From: an uncultured Myxococcales bacterium | GTDB taxonomy: Bacteria > Myxococcota_A > UBA9160 > UBA4427 | Reading direction: 5' to 3' | Length of the DNA stretch: 50,099 bases | NCBI GenBank assembly: GCA_965371385.1 | Contig: CBDUYG010000001.1 | Span: 1 to 50,099, forward strand | Program-made: the position numbers and the translations under genes | The notes under the pieces: generated by a model | Told to the model about the DNA's origin: nothing | What the model saw: the letters and a program-made list of their open reading frames with translations, nothing else | Databases searched by the model: none | In this document: piece by piece, positions 45,821-50,099 of the stretch | Layout: each line of letters begins with the position of its first letter | How positions within the stretch are numbered: the first letter of the stretch is position 1

Positions 45821-46372
45821 ATGATGAACAAACTGCTCCCTGTCCAGCTCGACGCTTCCTGCGCCGAATGTCTGATATTCACCGAAAAGGAAGGCCTTCT
45901 CTCCACTGTCGCTCACGACCTCGAGATCGAGGTCACCGACTTCGAGATCTCGTGGGACGCAGAGGCGCTCACGGCCCGCTTCTCTCCCCGCAGCCTGCGC
46001 GTCGTGAACGCCATGAAGAACAAGCGCAAGGCCCCTGGAGCCCTCAGCGACTCCGACAAGACGAAGATCGAGAAGCACATCATCGACGACGTGCTGCAGG
46101 CGAAGAAGCATCGCAAGATCGAATTCCGCTCCAGCAGTGTCGTGGCCGAAGGCAAGGGATTTCGGATCGAGGGGGAACTCACCCTCCACGGCGTCACACG
46201 CCCCATCAAGCTCAAGCTGAGCCGACGCGGCGAACGCTGGAGCACTCAGGTGTCGATCGACCAGACGGACTATGGCATCAAGCCCTTCAGCGCGATGCTC
46301 GGAGCTCTGAAGGTCAAGCCGAAGCTGCGCGTAAAGCTTTCGCTGGCGGCAGAAGACCTTCCGCTGGAGTGA
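45821..46372 (+). CDS. YceI-like (polyisoprenoid-binding family) protein
   Basis: 183 aa. IEGELTLHGVTRPIKLKLS...IDQTDYGIKPFSAMLGALKVKPKLRVKLSL resembles the YceI-like domain C-terminal half. Confidence 0.55.
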   Translation: MMNKLLPVQLDASCAECLIFTEKEGLLSTVAHDLEIEVTDFEISWDAEALTARFSPRSLRVVNAMKNKRKAPGALSDSDKTKIEKHIIDDVLQAKKHRKIEFRSSSVVAEGKGFRIEGELTLHGVTRPIKLKLSRRGERWSTQVSIDQTDYGIKPFSAMLGALKVKPKLRVKLSLAAEDLPLE

Positions 46373-46693
46373 CGAGCTTCGCCCGGCGGCCCCTCCTCCG
46401 GTCGATCGAGCCAGAACGTCGCCCCAACAGGTCGAGATGCGCCGCGAACTCTCGGTCCCGATTCTCGAAGAGCCCGCCGGGAGGCTCCTCTCTCCACCCC
46501 GACCCATTCCCCAAGACGCCACGTGCCTGACGAGACGATGCTTGACCCCATTCAGTGTGGGGAGTAGGATGGCTCGATCCGTCGATCTCCGACCGTCGGG
46601 CGGCCGACGACCCCACTCCGGTGTAGGATCGGCTGACGGATGGATGTCGATCTCGTGGGTTTGGTCGATGGACTCGTGGATGATGATGTAGTC

Positions 46694-46717
46694 GATGGAG
46701 ATGGAGATGGAGATGGA
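46694..46717. repeat. Hexanucleotide tandem repeat (GATGGA)x4
   Basis: gatggagatggagatggagatgga, preceded by (GAT)x3 at 46679-46687. Lies in a C-poor stretch of the 460-nt spacer upstream of the ceramidase-like gene. Confidence 0.7.
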
Positions 46718-46794
46718 GATGGCGTAGGAAAAATCGCCGTAGATGTGCAGAGTTCGGTCGATGCTCATGGATACAATGAGAAATAGTCAAACGA

Positions 46795-46812
46795 AGCCGG
46801 CTGCAGCCGGCT
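46795..46812. promoter_or_regulatory. 18-nt perfect palindrome (candidate operator or hairpin)
   Basis: AGCCGGCTGCAGCCGGCT is its own reverse complement. It ends 19 nt before the ATG at 46832 and just upstream of the GGAGG SD. Confidence 0.3.
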
Positions 46813-46831
46813 AGATTCCTGGAGGCCTCAC

Positions 46832-48457
46832 ATGCGTTTGCAACTCCCGCTCTTCAACGTCCGTTTCCGACCTCACCCGAGCCTGCTTGCGCTCGTCGCT
46901 CTCGTCTTCGCCGCCAGCCCGGCCTTCGCCGGCGGCTCGCTGGAGGTCGGCACCTGCCAGCGCGACATCACTCCCATCTCGCCCTCGCTCCAGGCGACCT
47001 ACGAGGCGCGCTTCGGGGTGCCGGGCGTCGTGAACCACACCGACCCGGTCTACATGGCGGGCTTCGGCAACAACCGCCAGGCCACGGGCTACAACGATCG
47101 GCTCTGGGCACGCGGCGTCGTGCTCGACCGCAAGGACTCCCGGGTGGCGATCGTCTCAATCGACGTGGTCGGCTACTTCAAGAATGAGATCGACACGATC
47201 CGCGCCCTGGTCTCGTCGTCCTCGGAGGTCGACTTCGTTCTCGTCTCGAGCTCGCATCAGCACGAGGGGCCCGACACGATGGGGCTCTGGGGGCCGGACG
47301 AGCTCACGACCGGAATCGACTTCGGCTACCTCGATTTCGTCAATGCGACGATCGCCGACTGCATCGACGAGGCCGCCGCGAACCTCGAGAAGGCTCGCAT
47401 CTACTACGCCACGACAAGCAGTGCTGGACTTTCCCTGGGAATCGACCCCGAAGACGACGGCTACGGAGTGGGAGACGGCAAGGTGCTCGTCAACGACGAC
47501 TCCCTCGCTCCGGCCACCCAGGGACGCATCGTCGATCCGAACATCACCGTCATGCAGCTGACGAAGCGCAATGGCAAATCGCTCGAGGTGCTCGCGACCC
47601 TCGTCAACTTCGCGAGCCACCCGGAGAGCCTGGGCTCGAGCAACACGAACATCACCTCGGACTTCCCGCACTACGTTCGCGAGACCATCGAGGCCGAGTA
47701 CGGCGGCCTCGCCATCTGGATGTCGGGCGACCTGGGCGTCCTTCAGGGCCCGCTCGACATCGACGTGCTGGATCCGGTCACCAACCAGCCCGCGCCCCGG
47801 CGGACGTTCCGCTTCGCAGAGGTTCACGGCAGCCAGGTCGCCGAGCGCGCCATCGAGGCAATGAACGCCGTGCGGCTCAAGAACGGCAAGCCCAGCCCCA
47901 GCAACGGCGCCCCCGCCCCCGAGATCTCCCACTCGACCACGGATCCATTGTATATCCGGCTCGACAACCCGTACTTCCGGTTCTTCATCGCCATCGGCGT
48001 GATCGACGTGAGGCGCTCGCTCTACACGAACGGGATTCCCGACGACTCCGTCGGCTTCCCCTACCCGCCGCCCTTCCACGAGATCCCCCTGGCGGAGGGC
48101 GAGGACCTCCGGACGGAGGTCTCCGCTCTGCGCATCGGCGAGGGCGCGATCGCGGTGGTTCCGACCGAGCTCGATCCGCAGATCGGCTCCACGTACCGCG
48201 CAGCGCTCGTGGACGCTACCGGCGCGGAGCACACCATGATCGCCGGCCTCGGCAACGACTCGATCGGCTACCAGGTGGTGGCCTCGAAGTTCGATGACAG
48301 CTGCTTCGTCTGCGCGCCCTTCATTCTCGGCGGCGTGACCCAGCTCTGCCCGCTCTTTCCCAACATCGACTGCAACACGGTCTTCCAGAACAACGTGGGG
48401 GTGCAGGTCAGCCCGAGCGTGACGGGCGCCTTCGAGCAGGCGGTCGACGGTCTGTGA
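46832..48457 (+). CDS. Secreted neutral/alkaline ceramidase-like hydrolase
   Basis: 541 aa with a signal peptide (LLALVALVFAASPAFAGG). N-terminal pattern DITP...MAGFGNNRQATGYNDRLWARGVVL...VAIVSIDVVG...SSSHQHEGPD resembles the neutral ceramidase N-terminal domain. Confidence 0.5.
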   Translation: MRLQLPLFNVRFRPHPSLLALVALVFAASPAFAGGSLEVGTCQRDITPISPSLQATYEARFGVPGVVNHTDPVYMAGFGNNRQATGYNDRLWARGVVLDRKDSRVAIVSIDVVGYFKNEIDTIRALVSSSSEVDFVLVSSSHQHEGPDTMGLWGPDELTTGIDFGYLDFVNATIADCIDEAAANLEKARIYYATTSSAGLSLGIDPEDDGYGVGDGKVLVNDDSLAPATQGRIVDPNITVMQLTKRNGKSLEVLATLVNFASHPESLGSSNTNITSDFPHYVRETIEAEYGGLAIWMSGDLGVLQGPLDIDVLDPVTNQPAPRRTFRFAEVHGSQVAERAIEAMNAVRLKNGKPSPSNGAPAPEISHSTTDPLYIRLDNPYFRFFIAIGVIDVRRSLYTNGIPDDSVGFPYPPPFHEIPLAEGEDLRTEVSALRIGEGAIAVVPTELDPQIGSTYRAALVDATGAEHTMIAGLGNDSIGYQVVASKFDDSCFVCAPFILGGVTQLCPLFPNIDCNTVFQNNVGVQVSPSVTGAFEQAVDGL

Positions 48458-48470
48458 GAGCTGCCACCGG

Positions 48471-49604
48471 GTGACGAAGGCCTCCAGGCATTACCGCCGC
48501 GGGGCGGCGTTGATGCTCGCCATCAGCCTCGTCTGTGGGCTCGACGGGGGCCTCGACTTGATCGGGAGTGCACCCGCGCATGCGCACGTTGTGTACGGCA
48601 CGACGACGCTGCGCTTGCTCAGCCTGCAATCCGATCGGGTCGTGCGTGCGCGCATAATCGACGCCGAAAGCGAGATCCTTCTCGCGGATCCCGTCGTGCG
48701 CGAGACGATCGTTGTTGCCGAGGTGCTGGAGACGCTGAAGGGGGAGGCCCCGCACGGGCCCCTGCGCTTCGCGCAACACGGCCACGGCACGCCGAAGTAC
48801 GAGAAGGGTGAGGAAGTCGTGATCTTCCTCCAGCGCATGGAGCGCAACCGCGAGCTTGGGGGTAGCCCGATCGGGGAGCACGTCTCGTGGGTCTCGGTGC
48901 AGGAGGCCGCCGCGAAGTTTCCTCTCGACGACGGGTCGCGCGCCGACTTCAGCGCGGCGCTGCGCTCGTACGCGGCGCTCGAGAAGCTCCCACCGGAGCA
49001 GCAGCCCGACGTCTTGCGCCGAATCACCGTGGACCTCCTCGCTTCCCCGGATCCCAGGCTCGCCTCGTCGACCATTCGGGACGTGGCTCTGATGGGCGGC
49101 GCTGCGATCTTCAGCTCGGAGGACGTCCTCGTCCTCGACCCCCTGCTCGAGACCTCCGACATCTCCATCGGTGTGCGCGTGGGTCTGCTGACGGAGCTCG
49201 AGCGGGCCGGGCTCGTCGAAGGTCCGTCTCGCTGGGCCCGGCTCCTGCGTGAAACGAGCGGCCGCGACCGCTTCACCGTCGTGCGCGCGGTGTCCGCACA
49301 CCCGAGCCCGGCCGTCACCCAGGAGCTGATCGGACTGCTCGCAGACGACGATCCCCTGCTGGTCTCGACTGCCGCAGTGTCGCTGGGTGCGCCGGGAAAC
49401 GATCCCGCCGTCGCGCCGTTGTCGAAGCTTCTTGCTTCCGACCAGGCACGGGTGCGAATGGCGGCGATTCGGGGGCTCGGACGCATCGCGACACCGAGCG
49501 CGCACAAAGCGCTGAAGAAGGCAGCAGCCTCGCACCCCGATCCGGCAACCCGTCGCCGAGCTAGCGCCGAAGTGCAGATCCTCGCCGGGTCGGTGCACCC
49601 GTAG
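48471..49604 (+). CDS. Secreted HEAT-repeat protein
   Basis: 377 aa, GTG start, signal-like N-terminus. C-terminal HEAT/PBS-lyase-type repeats (DPLLVSTAAVSLGAPGNDPAVAPLSKLLASDQARVRMAAIRGLGRIATPSAHKALKKAA). Confidence 0.6.
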   Translation: MTKASRHYRRGAALMLAISLVCGLDGGLDLIGSAPAHAHVVYGTTTLRLLSLQSDRVVRARIIDAESEILLADPVVRETIVVAEVLETLKGEAPHGPLRFAQHGHGTPKYEKGEEVVIFLQRMERNRELGGSPIGEHVSWVSVQEAAAKFPLDDGSRADFSAALRSYAALEKLPPEQQPDVLRRITVDLLASPDPRLASSTIRDVALMGGAAIFSSEDVLVLDPLLETSDISIGVRVGLLTELERAGLVEGPSRWARLLRETSGRDRFTVVRAVSAHPSPAVTQELIGLLADDDPLLVSTAAVSLGAPGNDPAVAPLSKLLASDQARVRMAAIRGLGRIATPSAHKALKKAAASHPDPATRRRASAEVQILAGSVHP

Positions 49605-49671
49605 AAGCGATCTCACAGACCCAGGACCGAAGGCGCCTGCCTCGCGACGGGAGGAGCTCATGAGATGGCTT

Positions 49672-49903
49672 CCAGCCCGCATTATTCGTGAAGCTCGTCG
49701 CGAGGATGGCGAGAGTGCTGGAGTTTCGGGGCCCTCGGAACGAAGTCGACTGCGGGCCAGCTATGCTGGCCAAGCGCAAGCGACGCTTCGCGTCGCCGCG
49801 GAGGCGTACTTTCAGTACGTCGAGGATCGACGCAGTGAGAAGGTCCCGAAAATGCAGTGCTATTGCCGTCCGCAGCAGAGCGCTAACGAATAATGCGGGC
49901 TGA
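49672..49903 (-). repeat. MITE/REP-like inverted-repeat element, long (232-nt) form
   Basis: Perfect 16-bp terminal inverted repeats CAGCCCGCATTATTCG (49673-49688) and CGAATAATGCGGGCTG (49887-49902). Three internal triloop hairpins: GGCCAGC-tat-GCTGGCC (49755-49771), GCGACGC-ttc-GCGTCGC (49780-49796) and CGTACT-ttc-AGTACG (49805-49819). Both ends are homologous to the 79-nt copy at 15228-15306. Confidence 0.65.
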
Positions 49904-49917
49904 CATCGCAGCTCGAG

Positions 49918-50099
49918 CTAGCGCTTCTTCCGCCGCTCCAGAAACGCGCTGACGTATTTGCGGGGCTCGCCGGTGAGCGCGAGGTGAGTGGCCAGCTCCG
50001 GCTCACTCACGAAGAGGTCGGCCATTCCCCGCAGCGCGTAGGCGTTCACCAGCTTCTTGGTGATCCGCACGGAGACGGGACCGTTGGCGCCGATCCGGG
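49918..50099 (-). CDS. Enoyl-CoA hydratase/isomerase (crotonase) family protein, C-terminal part (gene continues past the right edge)
   Basis: Not in the ORF track. Hand translation reads ...RIGANGPVSVRITKKLVNAYALRGMADLFVSEPELATHLALTGEPRKYVSAFLERRKKR*, which matches the usual crotonase C-terminus (AP.A...K......E......EG..AFLEKR). Confidence 0.55.
   Translation of the reverse strand, partial: RIGANGPVSVRITKKLVNAYALRGMADLFVSEPELATHLALTGEPRKYVSAFLERRKKR

Noticed and set aside
14165-46717. The tandem repeats considered as possible CRISPR arrays
   Set aside because: Repeat units are 3-16 bp and directly abutting, with no spacers. No cas genes are present.
49660-49893. 77-aa ORF with a GGAGG SD lying almost entirely inside the 232-nt inverted-repeat element
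   Set aside because: The second copy of the element deletes exactly the ORF interior, and the region is dominated by hairpins. It is more plausibly a structured non-coding repeat. Coding is not fully excluded.

Overview
High-GC, densely coding bacterial chromosomal segment. All function calls come from reading motifs by eye; no searches were run.

- **1-12.9 kb:** minus-strand type IV pilus locus in the Myxococcus-like order pilB-pilT-pilC-pilS-pilR-[spacer plus an XRE regulator where pilA would be expected]-pilM-pilN-pilO-pilP-pilQ. pilQ runs off the left edge. It is absent from the ORF track and was hand-translated.
- **13-23.6 kb:** housekeeping genes. These are an LPG-synthase-TM-like membrane protein, ribF and an LptF/G-family permease. 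A long minus-strand string follows: rsmD::coaD fusion, coaBC, nfeD, stomatin, hflK, hflC.
- **23.6-24.6 kb:** a 0.9 kb gene-free gap holding a T-free, microsatellite-laden tract. A second XRE regulator with a clean intrinsic terminator follows.
- **25.1-33.5 kb:** murein turnover and recycling neighbourhood. It holds a small membrane protein, a lipoprotein SLT transglycosylase, PBP4/DacB, a fused SpmA-SpmB-like membrane protein, an AmgK-like kinase, a MurU-like uridylyltransferase, an MBL hydrolase and AnmK.
- **33.6-50.1 kb:** accessory-looking block. It starts with an O-methyltransferase, a 1309-aa secreted S8 protease / FG-GAP / UnbV protein and a 1299-aa four-domain fusion. It continues with an anmK 3' remnant, an orphan protein, an amidase, a YceI-like protein, a ceramidase-like hydrolase and a HEAT-repeat protein. 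A crotonase-family gene runs off the right edge.

The four-domain fusion (FGGY kinase, 2-hydroxyacid dehydrogenase, SCP2, class II aldolase) is the most novel object here.

Other observations:
- a two-copy MITE/REP-like inverted-repeat element, present as a 232-nt form and a 79-nt form that is an exact internal-deletion derivative
- short tandem repeats confined to intergenic spacers
- one perfect CRP-type palindrome

No rRNA, tRNA, CRISPR array, transposase or integrase was recognised.
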